50,291 nt of DNA from a virus (taxonomy: Duplodnaviria; Caudoviricetes): positions 1-50,291 of the IMG/VR virus record IMGVR_UViG_3300003877_000002. One strand, given 5' to 3'. Below the pieces are notes generated by a model, which searched no databases, was not told the DNA's origin, and was given only the letters and a program-made list of their open reading frames with translations. This document shows positions 1-9,974 of this stretch, piece after piece. A program made the position numbers and the translations under genes. Every line of letters begins with the position of its first letter. The first letter of the stretch is position 1.

Positions 1-97
1 ACCTCCTGAAAATTCTAAATGCAAATCTGACATATATTGAATTAGCATGTTATACTCTCCTTACCATGATTTTTGTGGTAGTTATATTTATTTTCTG
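1..97. repeat. 97-bp terminal direct repeat (copy 1), circular-assembly overlap
   Basis: Identical to 50195-50291. It falls across the HNH/phosphoesterase gene junction, so the genes read through on circularisation. Confidence 0.95.
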
Positions 98-572
98 CTA
101 GGTGTCTAGCCTTTATTGCTTCCTCTAATGAAGCAAAAGTACCAATATGTTTTTGTTTTCCTTCTACACTTATTCTGACCTCAAAACTACTTCCTCTAGA
201 GGATCTAAAAACTCCAGTAGTTCCAGTATTATTATCTTTTCGTATACTAGCGTTTCTCTGGTTTTCAGAATGAGACACTACTCTTAAATTATCTATATGG
301 TTATCGTTTCTTACACCATTAATATGATCTATCTGTCCTTTAGGTACTTCTCCATGATACATCAACCAAATTACTCTATACACCATATAAAGTCGATCAC
401 TTATGTATACTCTTCTATACCCAGCCCCAGTAAGCATCCCTGCTTCATCACCCTCTTTTATACACTTTGATCTAGATATCTTCCAGTATAACTTACCTTC
501 TTCTTTATCGTATCTGAAGATAGATCTTAGTAAATCTTGTGTTAGGGAGCTCATATCATTTACTATAGTCAT
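42..572 (-). CDS. HNH homing endonuclease with C-terminal AP2-like DNA-binding domain
   Basis: IDHINGVRNDNHIDNLR HNH motif; NNTGTTGV...HIGTFASLEEAIKAR AP2-like tail. Confidence 0.9.
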   Translation of the reverse strand: MTIVNDMSSLTQDLLRSIFRYDKEEGKLYWKISRSKCIKEGDEAGMLTGAGYRRVYISDRLYMVYRVIWLMYHGEVPKGQIDHINGVRNDNHIDNLRVVSHSENQRNASIRKDNNTGTTGVFRSSRGSSFEVRISVEGKQKHIGTFASLEEAIKARHLAENKYNYHKNHGKESITC

Positions 573-594
573 AAATCACTCATTACCTGTATTT

Positions 595-801
595 TCATAG
601 TCTTTTCTCCATCTCTTGTTGTACTAAGTGGTTTAGTCTTTCCCAGTATTTTCTAGCTACAGTCTTATTTAACCAAGCACCTGCTGCTAAAGACCCTTCT
701 TTTTTATTAATTCTTATATAGGTCAATGCCCATTGCCACATAGAACTATGTTTCTCTGGAAACTGTATTACATTATTATTATTATTTTGTTCCCTTCCCA
801 T
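595..801 (-). CDS. hypothetical protein
   Basis: 68-aa ORF filling the gap in the operon. Confidence 0.6.
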   Translation of the reverse strand: MGREQNNNNNVIQFPEKHSSMWQWALTYIRINKKEGSLAAGAWLNKTVARKYWERLNHLVQQEMEKRL

Positions 802-822
802 TTGAAAACCCCGGTATATTCA

Positions 823-1581
823 TTATAATTTACTCTGTGTAAGTATATTAGGTCTATCTTCTTTACTCAATACTGTAGTTCTACCACGTAAAGGTGTACC
901 ACAATCCTTGCAGCTATAACGTTGGTACTGCATTGTTAATGTAGTCTCTATACCTTTCTTAACAAGTGAGGAACTACCACAATTAGTACATACAGGACTA
1001 TTAGTATCCATAAATAAGCCATGGTTAGGGTGCACCTTAATCCAAGGAAGTATGTGACTATATACTTGTTCTAATAATACCACATCTTGTTTATTATATC
1101 TTTCCATAATCTTCCATGCTCTAGGATCTCCTTCCATGCACTCTTTCCACAAAGCCATTCCCTTATGTTGTACTTTACCGTCAAAACCTAAAGCTTGTGC
1201 TACATAATCTAATTTATTACTAGGAAATTTAAAACGCTTACGTACTACTTTTAGTAGATCAATCTGATGAAATGGTATAGGTACACCTATATTATAAACA
1301 ACAAACTCTCTATTTAAAGTAGGTATATCAAATTTTTCACCATTATAATGTACAACTGCATCTGCTTCGTTCAGTAGAGTGAACACTTCTCCTAACATAT
1401 CTTCGTAGGTAACATTATACATACTATTAAAATATATCTTACGTTCTCCGTGCCATTTAGCAGCCCAACACATAGTATATCCCGGCTCTACAATTTGATT
1501 AATGCCTACGTTTTGATTCCATAATCCCCATGTATATACTTTATTAGGGGCTGTTTCAATATCTAAATGTAAAATCTTCAT
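823..1581 (-). CDS. RNase H-like/DnaQ-like 3'-5' exonuclease with C-terminal Zn ribbon
   Basis: LDIET, HYNGEKFD, YNKQDV motifs; CTNC...CKDC. Confidence 0.85.
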   Translation of the reverse strand: MKILHLDIETAPNKVYTWGLWNQNVGINQIVEPGYTMCWAAKWHGERKIYFNSMYNVTYEDMLGEVFTLLNEADAVVHYNGEKFDIPTLNREFVVYNIGVPIPFHQIDLLKVVRKRFKFPSNKLDYVAQALGFDGKVQHKGMALWKECMEGDPRAWKIMERYNKQDVVLLEQVYSHILPWIKVHPNHGLFMDTNSPVCTNCGSSSLVKKGIETTLTMQYQRYSCKDCGTPLRGRTTVLSKEDRPNILTQSKL

Positions 1582-1612
1582 ACGTTACCTCTTTTTATTA
1601 TATGTTCTATAT

Positions 1613-2137
1613 TCACTTACAGATCCTCTCTTTAAGGGCTTCAAGCTTAATAGGTCGTGGGCCTATAATATCCACACACATATTAAAGTACTTCTTCTGA
1701 TCCATTAAGTTCTGCTTTTCAATATGGTGAACATGTCCATGTACATTAGCTTCCCAGCCCCTATATAGTAGTTCATTAGGATGGATAGGAATATGAGTCA
1801 TTACGAATCCATATTTTTTAACTGTTGCATGTATTCCAGAAAAGTATCTTAAAAATTCTTGTACTTTATGTCTTTGGGTATCATGGTTACCTAATATTAG
1901 GTTTTTAAGTCCGTTCATCTGCGCTAGGTAGTGCATACTTTCATTCCCCCAGCATACGTCTCCTAATACCCAAACTATATCATTCTTCTTCTTTACCACA
2001 CTATTCCAATTATCTACTAACCACTCATTATGCTCATAAATATCTTTAAACTCTTTACCATGAATAGGCCCTCTAAATGGTAAAATATTAGTATGTCCTA
2101 AATGAAGATCAGAGATAAAGTAGATGCTAATTCCCAT
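1613..2137 (-). CDS. calcineurin-like metallophosphoesterase
   Basis: SDLHLGH, LGD, GNHD, THIP, HGHVH. Confidence 0.9.
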   Translation of the reverse strand: MGISIYFISDLHLGHTNILPFRGPIHGKEFKDIYEHNEWLVDNWNSVVKKKNDIVWVLGDVCWGNESMHYLAQMNGLKNLILGNHDTQRHKVQEFLRYFSGIHATVKKYGFVMTHIPIHPNELLYRGWEANVHGHVHHIEKQNLMDQKKYFNMCVDIIGPRPIKLEALKERICK

Positions 2138-2372
2138 GACGTATAAACACCCCTCTATTGTTAATGTTTTCTGGACGTAAACAAGGATATACTACACTAA
2201 ATAAATATGATTTCTTTTGTTCCTCACTAAGATTACTGTCGTCAATTTCTATTTGTGTTATAGTAACATAATCAGGACGTTTACCCTCCTTCCTCATACC
2301 GCTAATCTTGAAACCAAACTTAACTTCTGTAGTTTCTACTACATTTTTAGATAACTTCCAATGGAATATCAT
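2127..2372 (-). CDS. hypothetical protein
   Basis: Start moved to the ATG at 2372, which overlaps the upstream TGA (ATGA). Confidence 0.55.
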   Translation of the reverse strand: MIFHWKLSKNVVETTEVKFGFKISGMRKEGKRPDYVTITQIEIDDSNLSEEQKKSYLFSVVYPCLRPENINNRGVFIRHGN

Positions 2373-2806
2373 TTTCCATACCACCCTTTTGGGATTTTCC
2401 TTATCGCAAAGGTAAAATCGTGCTGGATGCACCAGTCGGAGCAGCGAGTGCCTGATACTCTGCTAATTTTAGAATCAGCCATGAACACAATTCTGAGGTC
2501 AATGGCAGGGTGAGACTTCCTAACTGCAAGGAGCGTAGTTCTATTACTGGCTGTAAAGTGCCCCTTAGCTTCAATGATAAGTCCATCTGGTAGGAAGAAG
2601 TCTGGAGTATACCATCTACGTTGCGTAACGCATGTTCCAGAGCAATCTTCACAGACTCCGTTTGTGACTTTCGTGAAGTATTCGTAACTGTCTTTTTCGT
2701 AATCATATTTTACTTTATCCCCTTCTAGAGTTTTAGCAAGCCCTAACTCGAACTTACTTCTGAATTTGTGTCCACTGTGTTCATAGGTTCCTCTATATCT
2801 CGCCAT
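2369..2806 (-). CDS. T7 endonuclease I-like Holliday junction resolvase
   Basis: FRSKFE...YTPDFFL...IIEAKG PD-(D/E)xK motif. Confidence 0.88.
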   Translation of the reverse strand: MARYRGTYEHSGHKFRSKFELGLAKTLEGDKVKYDYEKDSYEYFTKVTNGVCEDCSGTCVTQRRWYTPDFFLPDGLIIEAKGHFTASNRTTLLAVRKSHPAIDLRIVFMADSKISRVSGTRCSDWCIQHDFTFAIRKIPKGWYGK

Positions 2807-3618
2807 GCGTTTAGTGGCTCCTGTAGTATTGTAAGTAGTTTAAGGGTATCTCTTAGTTCTATTTCTAAAACAGACCAGTCTTTATAGTTACTAGCTTCCA
2901 TTGCATTACTATATGTATTACATACATAATGGTACATACTTGCTTCATCTTCCATGTGTACTAGAGGTTCTAAATACTTAGCCCTACACTTGACCTTAGT
3001 TAGTTTAAACAAACCCGGTATATTATCTGCTGTATCTCCAGTAAGCCACTGCCCATATAAATTCCTAAGAGCTTCTACTTTAGAAAGATAGTACTCAATC
3101 TTCTTATTTGGATTGTAATGCCAACCGGGAATAGTATCTAAGTCCTTATCAATAGAACTGATGATAGTAGTCTTGTCTTGGTATATACCACACAAGTCAT
3201 CAGCCTCAATATAGTCACCATACTCAGCTCCCCACTCATCTACTAGGTACTGCCTAATTTCATTGTAGTAGCTTGGTTTAGCTTTTGGGTCACGATTAGC
3301 CTTATAGTAATCTACTAAGTCATCCCTAAATGTCTTACCTTTAGTCAGGTATACTTGATACTGCTCACAGCCTGTATTAAAAAGAATCTCTTCTAGAGAA
3401 CTCTTGACTGTAGCTAGAACAATAGGTAAAGGATCTACCTGTACATGAGTTAATATCTCTGCTGTGTCATCTTTTCCTTGTAGATACTTTTTAAGTTCTT
3501 TCTTACTTCCAAATTGTATACCTTCTACTTCGTATGTTTTAGTCTCTGCTGCAAACCCAATAGCATATACATGAACATCCCCATCTATTAAAACAGTAGT
3601 TACTTCATCTCTATTCAT
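2743..3618 (-). CDS. 5'-3' exonuclease (T7 gp6/flap endonuclease-like)
   Basis: LIDGD, YKANR, EADD, SIDKDL, GDTADNIPG; GGAG RBS before the ATG at 3618. Confidence 0.9.
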   Translation of the reverse strand: MNRDEVTTVLIDGDVHVYAIGFAAETKTYEVEGIQFGSKKELKKYLQGKDDTAEILTHVQVDPLPIVLATVKSSLEEILFNTGCEQYQVYLTKGKTFRDDLVDYYKANRDPKAKPSYYNEIRQYLVDEWGAEYGDYIEADDLCGIYQDKTTIISSIDKDLDTIPGWHYNPNKKIEYYLSKVEALRNLYGQWLTGDTADNIPGLFKLTKVKCRAKYLEPLVHMEDEASMYHYVCNTYSNAMEASNYKDWSVLEIELRDTLKLLTILQEPLNAWRDIEEPMNTVDTNSEVSSS

Positions 3619-3652
3619 GTAATTATCTCCGATAATTTCAGTCGTGATATAA

Positions 3653-4162
3653 TCACTCTTTTTTATCTCCAAATATAACTATAGCACTAGGGAAGGGTGC
3701 AAATTGCCTTGCATTAGTCTTAGGATGTCTGATAGGCTCACCTCTAATTTCAAATGCTATCCTGCCTTTAATGAAGCGTACTTCTGCGTAAGGTATTACG
3801 TAGTCATGCCAGTAACGTGTATCTGTCCTAGAGGGAATTAACATAACTACTGTAAAACCAAAGTCCCTGCTTTCTTCATATGCCTTCTTAATCCAATGTT
3901 TTAATTCTGTGCCATAAGGCGGATTTAGGAATATAGCATTAGTAGTAGGATCAATGTAATCTTCCCAATATACAGTTAGGGCATTAGCATCTTCAGTAAA
4001 AATACCTAGCCCATATTCTTTTAACTTACAATTGTCATAAGTACAGGCAGCGTCTAGACCAAAGTGAAATTCAGCATCTAGCTCCTCGAAGAGAGACTGG
4101 GGTGTTTCCCAGTCATCTCTCTTAGAAGTGAAGTGTACCCTCAAATTTCTCTTCTTGGCCAT
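3653..4162 (-). CDS. phage DNA N6-adenine methyltransferase
   Basis: DDWETP, LDAAC, NPPYG, LIPSRTDT, FIKGRIAF. Confidence 0.9.
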   Translation of the reverse strand: MAKKRNLRVHFTSKRDDWETPQSLFEELDAEFHFGLDAACTYDNCKLKEYGLGIFTEDANALTVYWEDYIDPTTNAIFLNPPYGTELKHWIKKAYEESRDFGFTVVMLIPSRTDTRYWHDYVIPYAEVRFIKGRIAFEIRGEPIRHPKTNARQFAPFPSAIVIFGDKKE

Positions 4163-4163
4163 C

Positions 4164-4418
4164 TTAGTGCGTTATTACAGTATCAGGAATAGCAATAGTA
4201 TTTTCTTCATCTAGTCCCTGTGAGAACTGTTTAGCATGTAAAATAGCCTGTGGTAGAATTGTAGTCTCAGCTTCATTAATTCCTGTATCCTTATTGATTA
4301 CCTGATAACATGGTACTTTAGAGTCATCTAAGAGTGACTCACCAATACGAATAAAGTAGTGGGTGTTGTCATAGATTTCACCATACTCTCCAACTGAACT
4401 AGTCATCTGATAAACCAC
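4164..4418 (-). CDS. hypothetical protein
   Basis: ORF tightly packed in the operon. Confidence 0.6.
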   Translation of the reverse strand: MVYQMTSSVGEYGEIYDNTHYFIRIGESLLDDSKVPCYQVINKDTGINEAETTILPQAILHAKQFSQGLDEENTIAIPDTVITH

Positions 4419-4968
4419 CTTCTGTAGCGTCTACAGCAGCTTCAGTCTCTCCAAGGATTGCTTTAAGTTCTTTAATATGATTTGGTGCATTCTCAAACTT
4501 AAGCACTAGATCATCAGCTACCTGTTCTACCATACTCATAAGAGAGTCAAACTTATCTGCAATTTTACTACCAGAAGGTTTAGGTAGAATATCTAAACTA
4601 ATGGCAGTCTCTACTACTTTAAGTGCTGTATTAGTAGCTGCTTGATAAGAGATAATATGCTGTCGCACTTTATCATCCTGTGCCTTCTTATCCCAATAGT
4701 TATCCTTAGTAGCTACCTTACCTACATCTGGAGCATTCTGTGTAGCAGCAGGAGCAGAAGCCTTAACAATAGATTTTACATCTACTTGTAAGCCCCATTT
4801 ATCTTCAACATATTCAAAAGATACTTCATCTCCCTTAACTACACCAGTATCTACTGTACCAGTACGGAAGAACATATCCTTTACACCTACTAGGTTAAAA
4901 GAAAAGTAATTACGTCCACTTAGTTTCTTACTACCTACCCAACCTACTCGACCTGTTTGCTGTGTCAT
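4399..4968 (-). CDS. possible ssDNA-binding protein
   Basis: Beta-rich OB-like N-terminus, acidic tail, located downstream of the polymerase (inference). Confidence 0.4.
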   Translation of the reverse strand: MTQQTGRVGWVGSKKLSGRNYFSFNLVGVKDMFFRTGTVDTGVVKGDEVSFEYVEDKWGLQVDVKSIVKASAPAATQNAPDVGKVATKDNYWDKKAQDDKVRQHIISYQAATNTALKVVETAISLDILPKPSGSKIADKFDSLMSMVEQVADDLVLKFENAPNHIKELKAILGETEAAVDATEGGLSDD

Positions 4969-4988
4969 TCTATTTTTATCCTCTCACT

Positions 4989-5240
4989 CTATTTTATAAT
5001 TTTATCAATATTACTTTTGATTTTATTTGCTCGTTTCTCTGCTACTTCGAGTTCCTTAATCTCGACATGTGCATTATCAATGAGCGCATACTGTACTTCT
5101 TTACCTACCATAACTCCCTCAATTACATGCTTCAAGCGGTCTGAAGCCTGTTGAAAGTCATCTACAATTAAATCAATCTGCACGCTAGGTGCGAACCAAC
5201 TAAAAAACCAATTCATCATGCTAAATGTTCCTCTATCCAA
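4989..5240 (-). CDS. hypothetical coiled-coil protein
   Basis: ORF overlapping the polymerase stop; true start probably 5216-5219. Confidence 0.55.
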   Translation of the reverse strand: MDRGTFSMMNWFFSWFAPSVQIDLIVDDFQQASDRLKHVIEGVMVGKEVQYALIDNAHVEIKELEVAEKRANKIKSNIDKIIK

Positions 5241-7195
5241 TCTGGGCTATCTGCCCAATTATTATTAATTTCTACCTCAGCTTCTAGCGGCATTTTCTTA
5301 AAATCAATGCCATATACTCTATCTAAATAATACGGAATATAATCTGTAAAGCTATAGACCCCCAACTCTTTGAAAAGTTCAGTTTCTTTTGGGTGCACTT
5401 CACTTACACTAGAATCATGTACCGTATTAACTAAAAAGGACTTCATTTCTGCTACTTTCATTAAGTGCCATTGCATAGTAACTGCTACTGGTACAATCTC
5501 AGCAGTAGAGAAAGACTGTACTGGATAGTTACATACTGCTTGATCTACAGGTCTTCCGTCAGGCCGTATGAGCAGCCCTCTAGAATTAAATGTAGCATCT
5601 TCCCAATAAAAAGTAAGTCCTGTTATTGTTTTTAACTTTCTAGTCCTATATACCTCCTGAATCCATTTTTTATGTGCTTCTGCAATACCCTTGTGTTTCT
5701 CCTTAAACCACTTGTAATACTTCTTTTCACTATCTGTTCCAGAGGAACCTGCGTACAGTGGAGTAAATGTTCTACTCTTCGACTCCGTTCTAATCCTCTT
5801 ACCTTCCGTACTCTTCTTATCCCCTTCACAAGCTTCCCACTCCTTCTTAAAGACAATAGAGGCAGTCAGGGAATGAGCATCTACTTTATGTTCAATATCA
5901 TAGTAGCCTGCTTCATCATCACCTAAGTAGACAGCTCCTCTGTACTCTAGAGAGGCCTCATCAATCTCTCCTATAAGCCAACCCTTATTTCTAGCTGAGA
6001 ATAGTGGTTTGTACTCCCTAGGAAAGTTCTGGAACTGAGCTTTATAATTCTTACCAGTTGAACTAAGTCTATGTGTACCTGTTAAGGTCTGGTTCAAACT
6101 AGCAGTAAGAATATGGTCTTTAGTCTCAGTTACACAAGCTAAGAATTTATCTAATGTTTTAGACTTTGCAGCATTCAATTTGCTGATAGTAGTCATTAGA
6201 CTTATAAACTTCTTTTGCTTGGGTGTCTTAGCTTTTAGTCTTTGTAGTACTGGTTTAGATGTAGAAGGTAATCCTTCAGGCCACATATCATTCTTCTTCT
6301 TACCTCTAATTTCATTCCCCCTAAAATCTTTAGGTATTGGGAATTTTAGAGTTTTATATAAAAACTCAGCCTTTTGATCTGAAGATCTAGTATTAATTCC
6401 TCCAGTTAATGTATCCATATCAGCTTGTAGTATTCTTAATTTCTTATTTAATCTAGCTGATACAATTTCTACTCTATCTTTATCTAGATGTACCCCAGTA
6501 CTTTCCATATGTACAATTGGAGGTGTGAATATACATCTAGTAAATTGAACTCCTTCCAGACCTTCTTTAAATATATCTTCCCTTTGTTGTAAGAATAGTT
6601 CATGTTCTTTCACCGTGTCCATGATTCCGTATCTCTGCACCCAACTTTTAGGTAGAGTAGAGAGGCAGTTACCATTTTTAAGAAGTTTAGATGTGGTAGC
6701 AATCTTAGATCCAAGGCCTCTACGGGCTAGTGTGTCATCCAGATTAAACTTCCACTTCCTATTACCTGCTATTACATATTCACCTATTTGAGTACAGTAG
6801 AAGAGGCAGCGAGATGTATCAAGACCGCAACGGCTGAGCCACCCAATTTCAAACTTTGTATTGTGGGCAATAAGGAAGTCAGCCTTTTCACAAACTTTGA
6901 CCAACTCTTCTTGTTCATATTCTGAGCACCACTTAAAGAAAGTGCGTCCTCTGTTATAGTCAGGGTGACTTCTTCCCAACCTGAAGGAGGAGAATAAAAG
7001 TTTATTTTCCTTGTTATAGGGACTGCCTTTGTCGTGGTTGGTAGTTTCAAAGTCAATGAGTACATAGTTATCGCTCCTATATATACTAGGATCAGGCTTC
7101 TGTAGGAAGTGAGGTAATAGTTTCCAAAGCTTCTTTAATTTGGGAGATAGCGTCTCCATATGCTGCTTCTGTTCCACATGCGTACCCCACTTCAA
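5216..7195 (-). CDS. family A DNA polymerase with 3'-5' exonuclease domain
   Basis: IDFET, HNTKFE, TGTHRLSS, FQNFPR, DEASLEYR, NYPVQS, VHDS; start codon uncertain. Confidence 0.95.
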   Translation of the reverse strand: MKWGTHVEQKQHMETLSPKLKKLWKLLPHFLQKPDPSIYRSDNYVLIDFETTNHDKGSPYNKENKLLFSSFRLGRSHPDYNRGRTFFKWCSEYEQEELVKVCEKADFLIAHNTKFEIGWLSRCGLDTSRCLFYCTQIGEYVIAGNRKWKFNLDDTLARRGLGSKIATTSKLLKNGNCLSTLPKSWVQRYGIMDTVKEHELFLQQREDIFKEGLEGVQFTRCIFTPPIVHMESTGVHLDKDRVEIVSARLNKKLRILQADMDTLTGGINTRSSDQKAEFLYKTLKFPIPKDFRGNEIRGKKKNDMWPEGLPSTSKPVLQRLKAKTPKQKKFISLMTTISKLNAAKSKTLDKFLACVTETKDHILTASLNQTLTGTHRLSSTGKNYKAQFQNFPREYKPLFSARNKGWLIGEIDEASLEYRGAVYLGDDEAGYYDIEHKVDAHSLTASIVFKKEWEACEGDKKSTEGKRIRTESKSRTFTPLYAGSSGTDSEKKYYKWFKEKHKGIAEAHKKWIQEVYRTRKLKTITGLTFYWEDATFNSRGLLIRPDGRPVDQAVCNYPVQSFSTAEIVPVAVTMQWHLMKVAEMKSFLVNTVHDSSVSEVHPKETELFKELGVYSFTDYIPYYLDRVYGIDFKKMPLEAEVEINNNWADSPDWIEEHLA

Positions 7196-7298
7196 AATCG
7201 TCTGGAAATATTGCTTCTTCTTTTTCTTGTTTGCTAATTGCTTCTTGGCCTTCTAGGTTCTCTAAGACCTTCTCTACTTCTAATTGTAAGCTATTCAT
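7092..7298 (-). CDS. hypothetical acidic protein
   Basis: 68-aa ORF overlapping the 5' end of the polymerase ORF. Confidence 0.5.
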   Translation of the reverse strand: MNSLQLEVEKVLENLEGQEAISKQEKEEAIFPDDFEVGYACGTEAAYGDAISQIKEALETITSLPTEA

Positions 7299-7512
7299 TT
7301 AATAAAAACTCTATTGTTTTTTCATTTGATCTAATGGTTACACCTTCAATAGTATTTAAAATATTAGTTACCCTCATATACTCCTCAAGTAGTTTTTCAT
7401 AATCTTCATACTTAACTAAATCTCCATCTTTAAGTTTATATAAACCAGCTTCGTCTGAATACTCTCCATCAATACAGTGTGTGTAGTTTATATAATATCT
7501 AGTTACACTCAT
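7291..7512 (-). CDS. hypothetical protein
   Basis: 73-aa ORF, GDLVKYEDY. Confidence 0.6.
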   Translation of the reverse strand: MSVTRYYINYTHCIDGEYSDEAGLYKLKDGDLVKYEDYEKLLEEYMRVTNILNTIEGVTIRSNEKTIEFLLNE

Positions 7513-7516
7513 TTTC

Positions 7517-8722
7517 TTACTCCACTCGTGTTAAATACTGATTAAACCAAACCTTCAAGGGAATCTTATTCCCACTAATCTTATTCTTTACAAAAGAGAT
7601 CATTCTCTCTCCTCCTCTTTCCATTTCTTCTGTAGCTCCAATACCTAGAAGTAAGTCAGCAGTACCGGGAATACCTACATTAGAGAAGTCAATATCACCC
7701 CTACTTAAGTAGCTCTTACCTGTAGCACTGTCACCAGCTTGGGTTATCGAAATTGGTACTAGGTTATACTTTTTACCAACCTTTCTCATAAAAGAAGCTG
7801 CTTTCTCTAGACTTGTTACCTTATTGGTGTCTCCCATATCTAGGTTTCTTATCTGATCTACAATTAAGACATCAGGTTCATACTCTTTAATTAACTCTTC
7901 AATCTCCCACGGAGTACCGGGAGCTACTTCTGCGAAGGTAAAGTTATTGTATCCCTTAGCTTCCGCTAACTCTTGAGCTTTATCTGTATCTGCTTGTATC
8001 TCCTCTCTAGTACGCCCTGTAAGCCTCCACAGGAGCCTGAATATCATGTCATTAGCCGGGTCTTCATTTCCACACATTAGGACTTTTAAGCCCTGTTTAA
8101 GGAAACCGTAGGCCATATTTAGACAAAATAAGCTCTTACCCATATCAGTAGGTGCAAATACTACTACATGGTGTCCTCTTAAAACCCCTCCATTAAGCTG
8201 TTTGTTAAGGGAGAGAGGTAAAATAGCAATACGATTAGAAGCTGAATCATTACTGAGAATGTCAGCCACTTTCGGTGCTTGGTAGATTTCTGTTCCTGCT
8301 CCTTCTTCGGAAGCATTTAGGAGTTCCCCTTCTTTTAAACTGTGGTATCTGTCAATTAAATCTTCTACTTTTGCTTCTGTCTTTTTATTAGTTGTACCTA
8401 TTAGTTCCTGTGCCAATTTGTGTTTTACACTTTCTAATTTTAGTGCTATTACTTCTTCTAGCACATTAGCTGGTGATACAGGATCTAATCCACTTAGGAA
8501 GGTAGAGAAGAGTTCAGCATGTTTAGGATATTGTCTATTTATTATAGACTGTAGTATCTCTACATCTGCCCTTCCTATTTCTGGATCATTCTGGTAGTAT
8601 TGCTCTACTACTTTAAATATAATCTTAGCTTGGTCTGATAAATCCTCCTCTAGCTTAAGAGTTACTACCTCTTCGTAAATCTCTCTGTCAAGTATGACAG
8701 CACTTATTAGTTTTTGTTCCAT
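7517..8722 (-). CDS. DnaB-like replicative helicase
   Basis: Walker A APTDMGKS, LIVDQ, ITQA, ADLLLG, KNK. Confidence 0.92.
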   Translation of the reverse strand: MEQKLISAVILDREIYEEVVTLKLEEDLSDQAKIIFKVVEQYYQNDPEIGRADVEILQSIINRQYPKHAELFSTFLSGLDPVSPANVLEEVIALKLESVKHKLAQELIGTTNKKTEAKVEDLIDRYHSLKEGELLNASEEGAGTEIYQAPKVADILSNDSASNRIAILPLSLNKQLNGGVLRGHHVVVFAPTDMGKSLFCLNMAYGFLKQGLKVLMCGNEDPANDMIFRLLWRLTGRTREEIQADTDKAQELAEAKGYNNFTFAEVAPGTPWEIEELIKEYEPDVLIVDQIRNLDMGDTNKVTSLEKAASFMRKVGKKYNLVPISITQAGDSATGKSYLSRGDIDFSNVGIPGTADLLLGIGATEEMERGGERMISFVKNKISGNKIPLKVWFNQYLTRVE

Positions 8723-8730
8723 TATACCTC

Positions 8731-9717
8731 TTAAAGTTTAAGTAAACTACCTCCAAGAACTGCATTACCACATGTTATTAGACTGTCTTCTTCTTCCTGA
8801 GAAGGAATGAAAACAAGGGTATCGAAGCCTGCGGATTTACAGCTTTCTTCTACTTTTTTATAGGGTGTATATGAATTGTACCCATTTATTAGCTTTATGT
8901 TGTTTTTACTACAGGCTGAGTTATTATGTATTGGTGTTATTTTAACCATCCATTTATTTTTATCAAAAAGATTTGCTAATATTGCTCCCTTAACTTCATT
9001 ACCTGAAGCATACGCAATATTAAGACAATATTTTCTACCTATTGGTTCTGGTAACTCCTTAACCATATTAGATATATCATGTAAGCGCATACTACTGCCA
9101 CCAAACATTTTATTTCTTTGTTCCTCCTTAGTAGAATTAATACTTAGTTGTAATCCTGCTTGCCCATTAAATTGATTGTTTTTAATATCTACCCATTCAA
9201 AAAGTCTCTTTTTTGTTTTAGAATATTTAGGACACATCGTTGTCAAGACTGGATGTATTGTCTCTATCCTTATACCAGTCTCTTCTTGAAACTGCCTTTT
9301 TCTATTAGCAAGCCATAGAGAAAATAAAAATACATTCTCATTAAAGAGAGGCTCCCCCATTCGTGCAAAATGGATATTTAAGCGATCTGTATATTTAACA
9401 CCAGTCATTGCTAGAGCAGAGTATAGCTGTTTCTTTAAATCATTAATAGAAACATTACCTCTAAATGTAACATTAGGTACGTCACAAAATGTGCATTTCT
9501 GTACACAGCCATATTGTGTCGATAATGTAATTACCCATTTTTCTTGTAATGGCAATATTTCACCACTAGGTACGCCATTTATTTCTGTATTATGGCCAAG
9601 AAAATCAGCTTTTATATTCTTAGATTTTCCATAGTCTCCTATAGATAGTGCTTCTAGTTCTCCTTTACTATAAGTATCTGTAAATAAATAGCCTGTAGGT
9701 ATCTTTATTTTCTTCAT
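8731..9717 (-). CDS. RlmN/Cfr-like radical SAM protein
   Basis: STQYGCVQKCTFC (CxxxCxxC), MGEPLFN, LQLSINS, C-terminal TCGN. Confidence 0.85.
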   Translation of the reverse strand: MKKIKIPTGYLFTDTYSKGELEALSIGDYGKSKNIKADFLGHNTEINGVPSGEILPLQEKWVITLSTQYGCVQKCTFCDVPNVTFRGNVSINDLKKQLYSALAMTGVKYTDRLNIHFARMGEPLFNENVFLFSLWLANRKRQFQEETGIRIETIHPVLTTMCPKYSKTKKRLFEWVDIKNNQFNGQAGLQLSINSTKEEQRNKMFGGSSMRLHDISNMVKELPEPIGRKYCLNIAYASGNEVKGAILANLFDKNKWMVKITPIHNNSACSKNNIKLINGYNSYTPYKKVEESCKSAGFDTLVFIPSQEEEDSLITCGNAVLGGSLLKL

Positions 9718-9962
9718 TATGCTTCGAGTTCTTCATCTTTAGTTCGAGGTTCCTGATTATATATAAAATCTAACAACTCTCGTAATTCCTGTGTACCATA
9801 ATGCCAGCAACCTCCTTTTTCTAGACCACGATCATGTTCCATTTGTTTTTTAATTAACTTAACAACTTCAGCCCTACGTCTATGTATTCCTACTGTGAGT
9901 GTTTCATCATGATCTTCTGGCGCACATTCAGGACACCCACCACTACAATTTATTTCACACAT
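9717..9962 (-). CDS. small protein with Cys-rich N-terminus
   Basis: MCEINCSGGCPEC; stop overlaps the radical SAM start. Confidence 0.6.
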   Translation of the reverse strand: MCEINCSGGCPECAPEDHDETLTVGIHRRRAEVVKLIKKQMEHDRGLEKGGCWHYGTQELRELLDFIYNQEPRTKDEELEA

Positions 9963-9974
9963 TTTCTCAGTTCC

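Noticed and set aside
1-97. 97-bp repeat as the biological terminal repeat
   Set aside because: It lies within coding sequence mid-operon and looks like an assembler k-mer overlap; true ends are more plausibly near 23.9-24.2 kb
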